A stretch of DNA of 64,000 bases from assembly GCF_963921235.1 (NCBI RefSeq), contig NC_086108.1, positions 65,536,001 to 65,600,000 on the forward strand, written 5' to 3'. Each line of letters opens with the position of its first letter. Positions within the stretch are counted from its first letter, which is position 1. The DNA is from Mobula hypostoma. Lineage: Eukaryota. The position numbers were made by a program, and so were the translations under genes. This document shows, piece by piece, positions 1 through 13,410 of this stretch. Below the pieces are notes generated by a model. That model had not been told where the DNA came from, made no database searches, and saw nothing but the letters and a program-made list of their open reading frames with translations.

Positions 1-2019
1 TTGTGGAAGGGTTTGATTGGGTTAGATATCTGGGCTAAATTTAGATTTTGACTACTCATGGCCAGATTAAGATCAGGTTTTATTTTTTTTTTGCCTAGCA
101 CATATAGTTTCTTCCATATGAATTTTAAAAAAAAAATCCTAAATGATATATTCCTGGAAGACTTATTCTTATTCTGTGTGGTTATCCTGTTTAACTACCT
201 GCATTTTATATCATAAACTGAGAGCGAGCTACTGTAATTCTAGCAAAACTGCATTGCTTTGTATTATGTCCCTGTAACTTTAAGTCCTTTTTTATATTTT
301 TGGACATTGATACATTTGCAAGAACACAGGCAATGTGTGCAAAGTAATCTGGGAATTCCATGCAAGACTGCATTTGTGAAATAGAAATGAAAACTGTGGG
401 CTTAAGAGAATGTGGCTATTTTGCAATGTCAGTCATTGTATTCTGCCGCTGACAGCAGTTGAAAGTAGATGTAGGAAAAACACCGCTTGCTGCAGCACAG
501 TCTCTTGGGTAGGAGCATTCCATGAAAGGCATGCCTTGCTTCAGCACCACAGAAATGACTTGTTACCTCAGTAAGCAATACTCAGCAGCTGGGCTTTAAG
601 CTTGGAATCTTCCAGTACAAAGGTTTGAGGCTAACGAACATGGAAAATGTTGCCAGGTTAGTGTGTTTTAAGACATGATGCAGAAACTACATTTGTACTT
701 TAATATGCATTGTTCATCATGAGGTAGAAAAAAAGACAATTGCTCTGTAGAATTCTCTGTTAACATTTATTTTACATCTGCTCTTCACAAGATTAGCATA
801 ATGGTATTTTAAGTTTATCTGAAGTTCTGGTATTAGTATTGTTTAAAGTTTAATTTTTTTATCAATATATTTGGCCATGGCATTTAAATTTTGTCATACT
901 TGTATGTTTTAGTGAACCTGTTTTTATTCTACATCGAGTCCCATTAAACAGTACAAATGCTATTATAAATTATTTAAATATCAAGATATTTTCTTATTTA
1001 AATTCTAAGCTCACAAAATTTAATATAGCATACCATCTGTCAGTGAGTGTGTGAGTGTGTAAAATAAGCAAGAAAAATACAAAGGTAATGAAATTGTTAC
1101 TTGCAGAATATCATAATCACTGTCCTATCTGAAGGATTTCTGAAATTAACATTTCAGTGATTTATTTGGCTTTTAATTAAAGTTGCTTTGAAGCATTGAA
1201 TCTGAACATTTGAATATATAAACAAATGTCTAATTCCTAGTTCTCACTGCCTATGTGTACTATTTCATGTATGATGCTTTTATCGATGTAAAGTGTTCTG
1301 GTGAATGTTCATGGTGATAAAGTATTGAATGGATTACTGAAGGGTTTCAGATTGTTTCAATTTCCATTCTTCACTTCAGCAACATCTAAATTCTTGTTGA
1401 AGCATGACACTATTCTTTTTTTGTAACAATTCAGTCAATAATCTTGCGTGTTTGTTGAAACTCAACAATATTCTTCCATATTGCTTAATACTTATATGTT
1501 TGAAATAACTTGGTAAATCTGAATTAAAATATAAAAGCAAAAAAAACAATATTGCCTTTCAAACAACATGCTGCATAGTGACTGAGCTGATGATGATCAT
1601 GAGCATTCCTGTTCGACTCCCCATCAATTGTATAAATATTAGTCTTACTTTCCTGTCAAATATATTTGCTTGGGGTAATAATCTGTGAGACACATAATTT
1701 TTAAATTGGTCACACATGGTTTAAATAGGTTTCTATTCAGATTAGTTTTGCTTTGATTCTGAACCTGATCAATTTACTTTAAAATCTAACCAGGCACGCT
1801 TATGAAAATTTCTTTAAGCTACTTTAGAACCTTAATATCAGTTTGACTTATTGTGATAAAGTGCTTATGTTAATTTTAAACATGAGCGTTAAATCTCTCT
1901 GTGGCTTTGCATTATGTGTCACCTTACAGTTAGTAATACTGTGGATGGCCATCTTGAAAGGAAGTTAATTATTCTTCGAGTGTTTTTAAAGAGGAAGTAA
2001 ATAACAGCAGATAAAGAGT

Positions 2020-3870
2020 AACCAATGAGCGTGGTACATTTGGATATTCAAGGACATTTGATGAGGTTGTCAGATAAAATAAAGATTTTTTTGGGTTGAT
2101 GGTAACATCAGGATAGGAGGGGGATTAGTTATAAAATAGAAAATGAAGAGTAAGAAGATTTATTTTCAGCTTGGCAGGCTGATTCTGGTGAGGTGCCACA
2201 AGGATCAGTACACATATCAGCTATATACAATCTATAAATGAAATATGAATAAGGTCAGACTGTCATGTATCCAGGCTTATTGATGTTACAAAGTTAAGTG
2301 AGAAAGCAGGCTGTGAGCAGGAAGAAAATAATTTTGAAAGCGATTCAGATAATCTTAATGAGAAATCAAGATATTGGAAAACTGAATATAATGTTGGAAG
2401 GTCTGCAGTTTGTCACTTCATTGGAAGAGATGGGAACCAGTAATTTTTAAATGAGAAGAATTGGTTGGTGTATGGAGAAGTGTTGATGCGCTGTTGCACG
2501 AAAGTAAAAGTAAACATGCAGGTATAACAAGCAAATTGGAAAACATCTGTTGGTTATGACTGCAGGCGTTTGGAATATAAGACAGAGGAGGTCTTAACGC
2601 AGTTCTACAACTTTGAAATCATTGGTGATTTGATACAGTTCTTTAATAGTTCAATGGTTCAATTTATTTATTTTTTTAAAATTTTGTTTTTAACAATACA
2701 TGCCCCAACCACAAGCAGCATCAAAACATCGTTTCCCTCCTCTGCCTCCCCTCACTTGTTACAGCAGAAAGCATCAGCCCCACCCCCACCACCCACCATG
2801 CAAGCAATAGCAAGCCCCAAAGACCATGAACTCTAGTCCTTGGAAATCTACTGTTCATCCCAACACCTCAACATCTCAATAGGCCTCTCTCTCACTACGA
2901 TGGAGAAAGAGATATCACTCCTACCACAGTGAGAGGGGAGGCCAACAGCTTGCTGTTTCGATGCCACAAGTCTGCAGTGTCACTTTTTTCGAGCTCCCCA
3001 ACTCATAATCAGCAAATTTTCTCTCAGCATTGAGAGAGAGCGAGCGCTCGAGGGCAGAGGCATCCTAGAGCCATGCCCACTGTCTCGATGTTCCAATCTC
3101 CCACACCACTTCAGTCAGCGACATTGGTGAGAGATCAGGTTGCCCACAGGACTGCATCCCCAAGGCACGTGACTTCCAAGCCGTTCCATGAGATACAGAA
3201 GCGCAGGCTGCTTAGAGAGTTCCAAAGAGCAAGAACCCACTGTCGGTGAAGAATGTAGTTTGAGTACAACTGTAAATCATGGACTCCAACAGGACCTCAG
3301 CCACTTGAAAGGGTGAAAAACAGACATGAGAACAGGAGATTTAAGCTGTTTCGTAGATGAACTCAAGAAGCTGCCCAGGTCCACAAAAGCCTCTGGCGCA
3401 ATCCTTATCTCCTCCCAACTGCACTGTACTTGTACTGTGTGCATTTTTTGTCTCTGTCTTAAGGAAGGAAAAATGCCTCAGAAGCACTTTTTACTAATTT
3501 GGTTCCTAAGATGTGTGAATTAAAAAGAGTGAGATATTTAGAAGAATGAGAGGAGATCTCATCACAACATACAATAAGCAGAAATGACAGGTTGAGACAC
3601 ATTTCTGAGGCAATGTCTAGGGGGCAAAATAGCTGGCCATTTAGATAAGAGATAAAGGGTTACTCAAAACTTGCAAATATTTTCAAATTCTCTTACCACG
3701 GAGGTTGATTGATGTCGAGGCATTAATCACATCCAAAGCTGAGTCTAATACGTAGATTATTGGACACTGAGGAATTTAAGAGTTTGAGAATTCAGCAGGA
3801 AAATGGATGAGGCAGGTTATCAGCCATGCTGTTATTCACGATGAGACCTATATGTCCCACTGTTGCAGTC
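2020..3870 (+). mobile_element. Old degenerate CR1 LINE RT/3' fragment, interrupted by an insertion at ~2645-3410
   Basis: Decayed CR1 motifs (gtacatttggatattcaaggacatttga, gaggtgccacaaggatcagt, agaagaatgagaggagatctcat); no intact ORF. Confidence 0.65.
2645..3410 (-). mobile_element. Unclassified non-autonomous retroposon
   Basis: On the - strand: aataaattgaaccattgaac tail and GC-richer head (aggattgcgccagaggc); it splits the CR1. Confidence 0.4.
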
Positions 3871-3914
3871 CCATTTCTTGTCCCCCGCCTCACCAGTCTT
3901 TTTATATGTATTAC

Positions 3915-4180
3915 TCTTCAAGATCTGGCTATCACTGGTAAGGACAGCAGCTCGTGCCCATTTCTAATTGCCTTTGAGAAGCTGGTGATAAGCCACCTTC
4001 TTGAACCACTGCAGTCCTTTTGGTAAAGTTAGGTCCATGGTGATACTAGGTACAGAGCTCATAGAATTTACCCAATGATGAAAAGAAGACCATGGATATA
4101 TTTTGAAATCAGGCTTAGTAGGGAACCTGTAGAAAATAAATAAAATGCAAAGTGTTGTATCACCATGTCTAAGCATCCTA
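3915..4180 (-). mobile_element. LINE 3'-end fragment (same family as 52225-52665)
   Basis: Reverse complement matches ggactgcag..ttcaagaag..gct.atcaccagcttctcaa.ggcaa.tag seen at 52550-52610. Confidence 0.6.
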
Positions 4181-4319
4181 TTTACTTTCTCCTGTGCTTC
4201 TTCAGGTTATCCTTAAATTATACTGTGCTGTTTGGCTCAACTACTCTATGTGGTAGCAAGTTCCACATTCTTAGAACTCTGGTTAAATATTTCCTGAGTT
4301 TCCCATTTTTTTAGTAGGT

Positions 4320-4650
4320 GACTGCCATATGCCTAGCCCTTGCAGTTGTTACGTCACAGCTCCAAAAACTGGAGTTCAATCCTGACCACTGGTATTGACT
4401 GTGGGGAGTTTGCAGGATCTCCTTGCATCAATATGAATTTCCTCCCATAGTTCAAAGATGTGCAAATTGGTAGATCAATTGGCTGATTTAAGTAGGTTTA
4501 GTGTAGTTCGAGTGAAAGAATCTGGATGAAGTTGGTAAGGATGTGGGGAGAATAAAATGGGATTAATACATGTATAAATAGGTACTTGATGATCAGCATG
4601 AACTCCATGGAACAAAGGCCCTAATTCCATGCTGAATCACTACAGTTTTG
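4320..4650 (+). mobile_element. HE1-like tRNA/V-SINE
   Basis: tcacagctcc..ggagttcaatcc B box, V-domain-like gtggggagtttgca..tctcc..tttcctccca, and a CR1-like tail. Confidence 0.7.
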
Positions 4651-5999
4651 GACTTCTCCCAACACTGGAAGCACTTACAGCCATTCAGTCACCACTGTAT
4701 ATTGATCTTAAGTCTACTTTCAGGTCAATTCTTAATTGTTCTTGAAGATGAAACATACTCAGTTGCTCCTCCCTGCTTAATAAATACACCCAGCTGTTTT
4801 GGTATTATTCCCATGAATCTTTTTACACATTTTCTCATGACTTTATATCTCTTTTTAAATTGTTAATCTTTTTTTTAGTATTTTAAGTTTAATTTGTTTT
4901 TAAATCTGTGATGCAATCGACATTTGAATCAAGTTTAATATAATGGCAACATACATCTGCAGAATTCCTGTTGATTGCGTTTAATATAATGGGACTGGTT
5001 TTACTGCTGTTCTTCTACAAGTTGATCCCATTGCTTCAAAGGCAATGATCAGTGATCTCCATTAATTTTGGTGGTTGGTGAATCTATACCTTTTGTTCCC
5101 TTGCTTTTATTGTTTTTATACTTATATGACTGGAGTATTATGTGCCCTCCTTTAAAATATATCAACTTGCATTTATTTATTTGGGAATTGCCATTTATAC
5201 GTGCCCAATTTTTATTTTTATTTTTATGCCTTGCAAATTTAAGTAATTTCTCGGTTTGTCACTATTTTTCCTGCAGTGCTCAAGGGAGCCTGTGCAAATA
5301 TCCTATTCTGTCTAAGCCAGAGCAATGTAAGTTCTGCCATTATTTCAAAAGAAGTTAATAACCCCAAAAAACTTTGGATAACTATTAGTTCTTTTGGAAC
5401 TTTTGTGGTTGATAGGCCTTGAGAGTTACAGCCGTTTAGCCCCCCAAGTCTACATTGACCATCAACCATCCAATTTACACAAAAGGGATTGCAAATGGTG
5501 TTGGTAAAACACGGGCAATGTTATGGGCAACTTACAGACATATACATTTACTCCTTCTGAACTACTGTCACTATAATCTTTAGCCTGCAATTTCCCTTCA
5601 AGTGATGTACTTTTGAACCATCTTAATGATTGGACTTAACTCTCATGAATGCAGGCAAGGCACCTTTAAATGGATTAAGGTACATCGCCATGACAGAAAG
5701 AGAGGGAGAAGGGGATGACTCCAAACAAGACTAAAATGATCGGGTATGAAACTTCCTCTACCTAGTATCTTGTGAGAAAATGTACAGTCACTGGAGAACA
5801 GATTGAGAACCAAAGGGCAAGATTGCTGTATTGGAGGGAAATGAGGAATTGCTGTATTTGGTGTTTCATGGAGATATTACTCACACAAGACACACCAGAT
5901 TTGTTGCTCATACCCAAGGGCATCCAAATGGACCGAACTGCTGATTCGGAGAAGGCAAAACATGGGGGGGGGGGGGCGGCGGTGGTGGCGGGTTGGATG

Positions 6000-8430
6000 T
6001 CTGTGTTTCATATTTAACCCTTTGCACTTTGCACTTGAGATGGCCTTGGAGTGGTCTTGTTGCACTCTTGTTTCCCTGACCTGCAACTTCTAATGATTAA
6101 GTGCCAATTGTTCTACTTACCAAGAGAGTTCTGCTCCATGATCCTGATGATCCTGGCTGCAGTTTACATCCCACCAATATTAAGATCAATGTTAAGCAGG
6201 CACTCGAGGTATTGAGTGCCACCATCAGCAAGAAAGAAACAGCCGACTCCAATATCTTTCAAGTAATCTCTGAGGACTCGCTTGAGGAAATCTCTGCCAA
6301 GTTATCATCAACATATCACCTGCAGCATCAGGGGACCCAACACATTCAACCACCGCTATACTACTATAAGGAATGCCTACCATTCAATCCCTAAACTGCA
6401 TTTTGAGAAATCTGATTCTCTTACCTGCATACAAGCAGAGGCTAAAGAGCAAGGCTCCAAAAGCGAGGACAACAAACGGGTGGTCGTGAGAGGCAGAGAA
6501 GTGGCCATGGGATTGCTTTGGGTCAGTGGACTGGGCCGTTTTCAAGGATTTATCAGAGAATCTGAATGAATATGCCACGGTTGTCACGGACTTTATAAAA
6601 ACAGTTGTGCACGAGTGTGCCCCCACAAAATCATTCATAGTCATCCCCAAGCAGAAGCTCTGGATGAATCATGAGATCTGCTATCTGCTGAGGGCCTGAT
6701 GAATAATGTTCAGGTCTGGTGACCAAGTGAAATACAAGAGATCCAGGTACAATCTCCGGAAAGCCATCTCAATGCCAAGTGGCCATTCTGGAACAGTATT
6801 GTATCATTGTAGGATACTCAGCAGCTGTGACAGGGCTTGAATACTATCACCTCCTACAAAGTGAGATCAAGCGACATAGGTGACAACAAGGCTTCGCTTC
6901 CAGATAGACTCAATGATTTCTATGCTCGCTTTGACTGTCAGAACATGGAAGCACCTTTCCACAGCCCTCGATGACCTTGTGATTTCAGTCTTTGAGGCTA
7001 ATGTGAGAACATACTTCAGGATGGTGAATCCGTGGAAAGTATCCAGCTCAGATAGGGATACCTGGCCAAGTACTAAAGACCTGTGCTGATCACTGGCTAG
7101 CGTGTTCAATACTATCTTTAACCTCTTGTTCAGGCAGTCTGATGTACCCACCTGCTTCAGGAAGGCTTCAATTACACCGATGCTTCAGAAGAACGTGATA
7201 TCTTGCCTCATACACTGTCATCCTGCAGCTCTAACATCTACTGTGATGAAGTACTTTGAGAGATTGGTGATGAAACATATCAACTCCTGCCTGAGAGGTG
7301 ACTTGGATATACTTCAATTTGCCTACCATCACAACAGATCCACAACAGTTACTATTTCATTGGCTCTTTACTCAGCTCTTGAACATCTGGACAGCGAAGG
7401 TGCATACATCAGGATGCTCTTCATTGACTACAGCTCAGTATTACCTGCTTAAATCTAATTAATATGCTTCAAGAGCTAGGCCTCAATTCCTCCTTGTGCA
7501 ACTGGATCCTCAAATTCCTCACCTGCAGACCCCAGTCAGTTCAGATTGGCAACATCTTCTCTTCCACAATCTCCATCAGCGTAGGTGTACCACAAGGCTG
7601 TGTGCTTAGCCCCTGATCTACAGCTTTACACTTATGTAGCTGTGTGGCTAAGCACAGGTCTAATGCCATAATTAAATTTGCTGGCAACACCATTGTTGTT
7701 GGCCAGATCAAGGGTGATAACGAGTCAGCATATAGGAGGGAGATTGAAAATCTGGCTGAGTGGTGCCACAACAACAAGCTCTTAGCCAGTGTCAGCAAGA
7801 CAAAGGAGCTGATTATTGACTACAGGAGGTGGAAGCAAGAGTTCAATAGCTATTCCTCAACAGGGGGAGAAGGCTGGCAAGTTTAAATTTCTCAGTGTTT
7901 CAGAGAATCTGTCCTGGGCCCAGCACGTAAGCGACATCATGAAGAAAGCACGGTCGCGCTTTCTGTTTGTGAATATTCGGCGTGTCATTTAAAACTTTGA
8001 CAAATTTCTGTAGATGTGTATGGGAGAATTTATTGACTAGTTGCGTCATGGCCTGTATGGAAACACCAATACCCTTGTATGGAAAGGCCTGCTAAAACTA
8101 GTAGATACAGCCCAGTCCATCATGGTTAAAGCCCTTGCCACATCTACATGGAGCGCTGTTGCAGGAAAGCAGCATCCATCATCAGGAACCCCCACCATCC
8201 AGGCCATGCTGTCTTCAAATTGCTGCCATCAGGAAGGAGGTAGAAGTGCTTCAGGACCCACAGCACCAGATTCAGGAACAATTATTGCCTCTCAACCATC
8301 AAGCTCTTGAACCAGTGAGGATAACTTCACTTGCCCCATCATTAAGCTGTTCCCACAACCTATAGTCTCACTTTCAAAGACTCTTCACCTCATGTTATTG
8401 CTCATTTATTATTGTTTTTATTTTTTCTCA
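6000..8430 (+). mobile_element. Rex1/Babar LINE, 5'-truncated and frameshifted (EN remnant + RT)
   Basis: ORFs [80 protein letters not shown]. Confidence 0.85.
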
Positions 8431-9049
8431 GCTCAAGCTGGTGAAATCTGAGGTATGGGCATGGCGAAACACTCATTTCTCAATTGCCAGGAACTTTCGG
8501 ACTATTCTAGTGGTGCTTAGTATTGTGGCTTTCTGGAGATTTACATAAATATTGCTGTGTAGGCCTAATTGTTTAACGTATAGTGTCTTTGGGACATTGT
8601 ATACCCTTTCATGTTCCATAGCCTTTCAATTTTCTCTTTTAATTCAGCATATTTCTTCGTGATTTCTGTAAGTTATGTGTGTTTGAAATGACTGTATCTA
8701 TTAAGTAAGTTGTTCTTGCTTGTTTATCCTGTAATATTATATACAGGTGGTTGTTATGGATGTCCTATCCTGTAATGGATCAGTTGTAATATAATTTGTA
8801 GGGCTCTGGCTCTTAAAAAAAAAACTGGGTCACCCTTGTATTTGTAGCAAGATATGGTGTATGTTATGAGTTTGTATTTTAAAGCAACATTTTGGTGATG
8901 TTTGCCACTTGATTGTGCCTGTATAAGTAATCAGAGTGAGTTCAGCTGCTGTAGGATCCTGTAATGTGTTAGATTGTTTTGGGTTTCTCTGGTATTTTCT
9001 GCATTTATTGTTTTCAATTTGTTGGTCTTTTATTATGTATTGTTGATAA

Positions 9050-9235
9050 ATTTTTGTGTGGAAGGAAAGAAATTGTTGACATTTCAGGTAGAAACCTTGC
9101 ATCAGGACTGAGAGTGGAGACGCGAGGTGGCCAGCTACACTGGAGAAGGAGAACAGCCTTTCTTGACAACTTCTTTCCTCCCACTGATGCTACTCGACTT
9201 ACAGATTTCAGCAGATTGTGTGTTACACTAATTTA
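9050..9235. mobile_element. Penelope-like terminal repeat remnant (partial fold-back)
   Basis: - strand cagtcCTGATGCaaggtttctacctGAAATGTCaac followed by an inverted partial copy (cttctttcctcccactgatgct). Confidence 0.55.
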
Positions 9236-9975
9236 AAATCAGGTTTATTATGTGTCATGAAATTTGGTAAGTTAACAGCAGCAGTTCAATACAATACATG
9301 ATAATATAGAAAGAAAATAAATAAGTAAATCAATTACATTTAGGAATCATATGGCAGAGAGGAAGAAGCTGTTCCTGAATCACTGAGTGTGTACCTTCAG
9401 TTCTATACCTCCTTCCTGATGGTAACAATAAGAAGAGGGTACACCCTGGGTGTTGGGGGTCCTTAATAATAGACGAAGCCTTCCTGAGGCATCGCTCCTG
9501 GAAGATGTCTTGGGTACTATGAAGGCTAGTACCCAAAATGGAGCTAACTAACTTTCTGTAACTTCTTTTGGTCCTGTGCATTACCCCCGCCCCCATTCCC
9601 TACAGTGATGCAGCCTGTCAGAATGCTCTCCATGGTACATCTGTAGAGGTTTTCGAGTGTTGTTGCCTTTTTGAAGCAAGTGGGAACTTCCACCCATAGC
9701 AGTGAGAGGTTGAAAATGTCCTTGAATACTCCCGCCGTTGGTTGGCACAATTTTTCAGAGCCTTACCATGTATTCCATCAGGGTCTGCGGCCTTGCAAGG
9801 GTTCACCCTCCTTAAGGACAGCCTAACATCGGCCTCCAAGACAGAGATCACAGGGTCGGCAGGTGCAGCAGGGATCTTCACAGCTGTAGTTATATTCTCT
9901 CTTTCAAAGCGGGCAAAAAGGTGTTGAGCTCATCTGGCGTTGAAGCATCACTGCCATTCATACAATTGGGTTTTG
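9236..9975 (-). mobile_element. Rex1/Babar LINE fragment with large internal deletion
   Basis: ORF 9544-9750 fuses FNLSLLWVEVPTCFKKA (RT N-part) directly to TLENLYRCTMESILTG (C-part); aataaacctgatt tail. Confidence 0.8.
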
Positions 9976-9979
9976 CTTT

Positions 9980-10232
9980 GTTCATTCCACATTTGCATCA
10001 ACTATCCCCGTATTCTACCACTTACTACACACAATGACCAGTTTATAGATGCCAATTAGCCTACCAAATAACACATTTTTGTGATAGAGAGGAAGCCAGA
10101 GCACGCAGAGGAATCCCACATGGTCTGAAGGAGAATGCACAAACTCCACACAGACATAACCCTAGGTCAGAATTGAATCTGTGTCTCTGATACTGTGAAG
10201 CAGCAGCTGTTTCAGCTATGCCACTGTGCCAC
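9980..10232 (-). mobile_element. HE1-like tRNA/V-SINE
   Basis: - strand gtggcacagtggcatagctg head, ttcaattctgacc B box, tgtgtggagtttgtgcattctcc V domain. Confidence 0.75.
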
Positions 10233-13200
10233 AATTGAAGCCAAACATTGGCTATTTTATGTACTTTTAAGATGTTTCAGTTTTTTTGATAAATTTTTAT
10301 AGCTTTATTTTGAATATTTTTCAATGCTGAAGGCTTCCACAGACATCTGCTGTTTATTATAGGTTGTGGTAGAACAGGGTGTTTAATACCTTTTTTAATC
10401 AATTAGATGTATCTCGGACTTCTCACATGATCTTAGTGCTAATGTAATGTTCTTTCTGACTTGTACCATTTCTTGTTTTCAAGATTGCTGGAGTTGCATG
10501 TGAACTTTAAATGGAAATCAGCCACGAGTATATGCAGCTCAACTAACTGTAGCAGTGATTTTTTTTTCCAGTTTGTCACCTTGTAAATTTGCACATTCTT
10601 CCTTGTTATTAACTGTGTTTCTCAAATAAGTGAAACACTATTTCTGGACATTGTACTTTCAAATCCTGATATCAATCCATCCTACGTAGGCATTAAATAT
10701 CAGAGCCAATGCCTGGCTTTTCCATTCTGATGTCATAAGATACCAACTTAGCAATAGTGTACAAAATCCTTAGTTGCAAGAAAAGAAGTACATCGTGGAG
10801 ATGTGGCTATGGAAGGAGACAATACCAGGTATTACCTTACAACCTTCAGGCTCTTGAACCAGCATAGGTAACTTCACTCACCTCAACTCTGACATTATAA
10901 TAAAAGATGAGTTGGACAGGGAAGGAGAAAATGGAAGAAAGGAACATATTCTTGACAAGAATCATCTTGTGATGAAGTTTGATCATGGCAAATACCAGAT
11001 TCTTTGGATTTGGAATGGTCAATAACCTTTCCCCAGAAGCAGGTTGGAGAAGTTAAGGAAGAAAAGCATCATAGCTAAATCTGTGACAATAGGTGACAGG
11101 TCATTTGGAAGAGTGTTAATGAAATTCTTTCCAGTTCAGGGCTGGAGCAGGAAATAGCGTCAATACTACCATCAATGTATTTTGAAACAGAATTTGAGGG
11201 AGGGGGCATCAAAGTACAGAAGAATGAATATGTAGATTAGTGAGGACACACCTGGATTTTCATAACAAAACCTTTCAGTGGAGGAAGTGACCTAAGTCAA
11301 AAGTGATATTTATTATACGAACAAGTTGAGCCTGTCAGAGTGTGGCTGACAACTGATTGAGCCTCCCTTGAAGGAAGATCAGGTGTACACGCCCTCACAT
11401 GGTTGTAATGGAGTGATATGTTAAATTTTGAGTGTGATGCAATTCTCTTTTAGAACATTGAAAGAAAGGTAACAAAACACATCAATATTGAGGGATTCTG
11501 TAGTTTTTTGTTTGGGGCAAAACAAGTGAGAGTGATAGGGAAGTGGATGAATCATTGAGTGAGCCAATTAATTTTGAAGCCCAGACTACAGAAGATGCAG
11601 GAATTAAGCAGGTATTCCTGTGGGGGAGAGGTAAAAGTAATGATATAGTGAATGTCGTTAAGATAGCAATAAATGGAAAATGAGTGTGCGAAGCACATTG
11701 AGAGAGAACAGTATTATTTTGTTATCTTGGCAATCCCCACTCTCCTCCAGCTGTATACTAGTTTTATGGTTACATAAAATACAATGGACACTTGAAAGAG
11801 GGACTGCATCCTTTCTAAAAATTAAGTATGAAAACTGTAATTAGAAAATAGCCTTGATTTATTAACATTACACTTATTCTCTCAAACAAATTAATTTTTC
11901 AATGATACATTGGAGAAGCCTTTACAATAGTAAAGGTATGGAAATAAAACAAAATGAATCCATATATTGGAAAGGTTAACAGCAGGATTTTTATGTGTTT
12001 TGTTTTGGTATTTGGCCCTCACGTTCTTGAATCGATATCAACTCAGACAATATGAAAGACTCTGGTAGAAGAATTAATTTCACTTGCGTTTCATTGATAA
12101 ATATTAAATAATATGCCAGTAATTTAAGGGAAAGTTGCATGTGGTTTATCCAATTGCAAAAGTGCTTTTGGTAGATGAGATACAGGAGCAATCCATCGTT
12201 AAATGATGGTACATTTAGATCCCTGCTCAAGGGCAGTGTCCTCCCAGCATCTGTCCTATTAAAACTCACTAGAATTTTAAATGCCTGATTAAAGACACTT
12301 GCCAATTTATTTCTTTTTGAAAATCCAGGGATTCTCAGCTTCCCTTAATCCCAGATATCACTAGCATATTTTAGTTACGGGGTGCACAAAATTGTGGCTG
12401 CATTGTATGTCCTACATAATTGCTGTGAGGTTTCTTGGACCAGACATAGTGCTATAACCTTTTAATGGCATTAACACTGCAAAGTGGGTCATCCTGAGGG
12501 TGTCTGTGAAAGTCACATAAAAAGCAAGAAATTCTGTTGATTACTTTATTCAGTGTAACACCGTACTAAAATTTACATTGCTGGCTTCTGCCTGGCATTC
12601 TCAACTGGTATGGTACAGCTTTTCTCAGTTGTAAGAATTTATGTCAACTTTGGTGTCAACTTTGCAGCCAATTCTTAAGGTGCAGTACATATCAGAGCTA
12701 CATGGGATTGATTGGATGCTGTACTTACTGAGGAGAGAGGGGCTGAAGGTATATGGGGAGAATAGTGATGAATGATACTCATGAGAGGCACTTTGTCTTG
12801 AAAAAGGGGCCACAGTGATACTCTAGGTACTCCTGATGAGATAGAGTCAAAGAACCCTACAGGTCCTTTGATTCATCTAGTCCGTGCCTAGTGCAATCAA
12901 CCCGCACCCAGATCATAGACCTCCCTACCCCTCAATGTACCTATCCAAATTTCTCATAAATGTTGAATATGACCCCACATCCACCACTTGCGCTGGCAGC
13001 TCATTCCACAATCTCACCACCCTCTGAGTGAAGAAGTTTCCCCTCATGTTCATCTTAAACATTTCACTTTCCACCCTTAACCCATGACCTTTAGTTGTAG
13101 ACTCAGTCAATCTCAGTGGAAAAACCCTGCTTGCATTTATCCTATCTATGCCTATCATAATTGTGTATACCTCTATCAAATCTTCTCTCAATCTACTTCA

Positions 13201-13410
13201 CTCCAGGGAATGAAGTCGTAACCTACTTAACCGTTCCCTGTAACCCTGGTCATCAAGTCCCAGCAAGATCCGCATAAATTTTCTCTGCACTCTTTCAATC
13301 TTATTTACGTCATTCCTCTAGATAAGTGACCAAAACTGTACACAATATTCCAAATTAGGCCTCACCATCTTATTCAATTTCAACATGTCATCCCAATGAC
13401 TGTACTCAGT

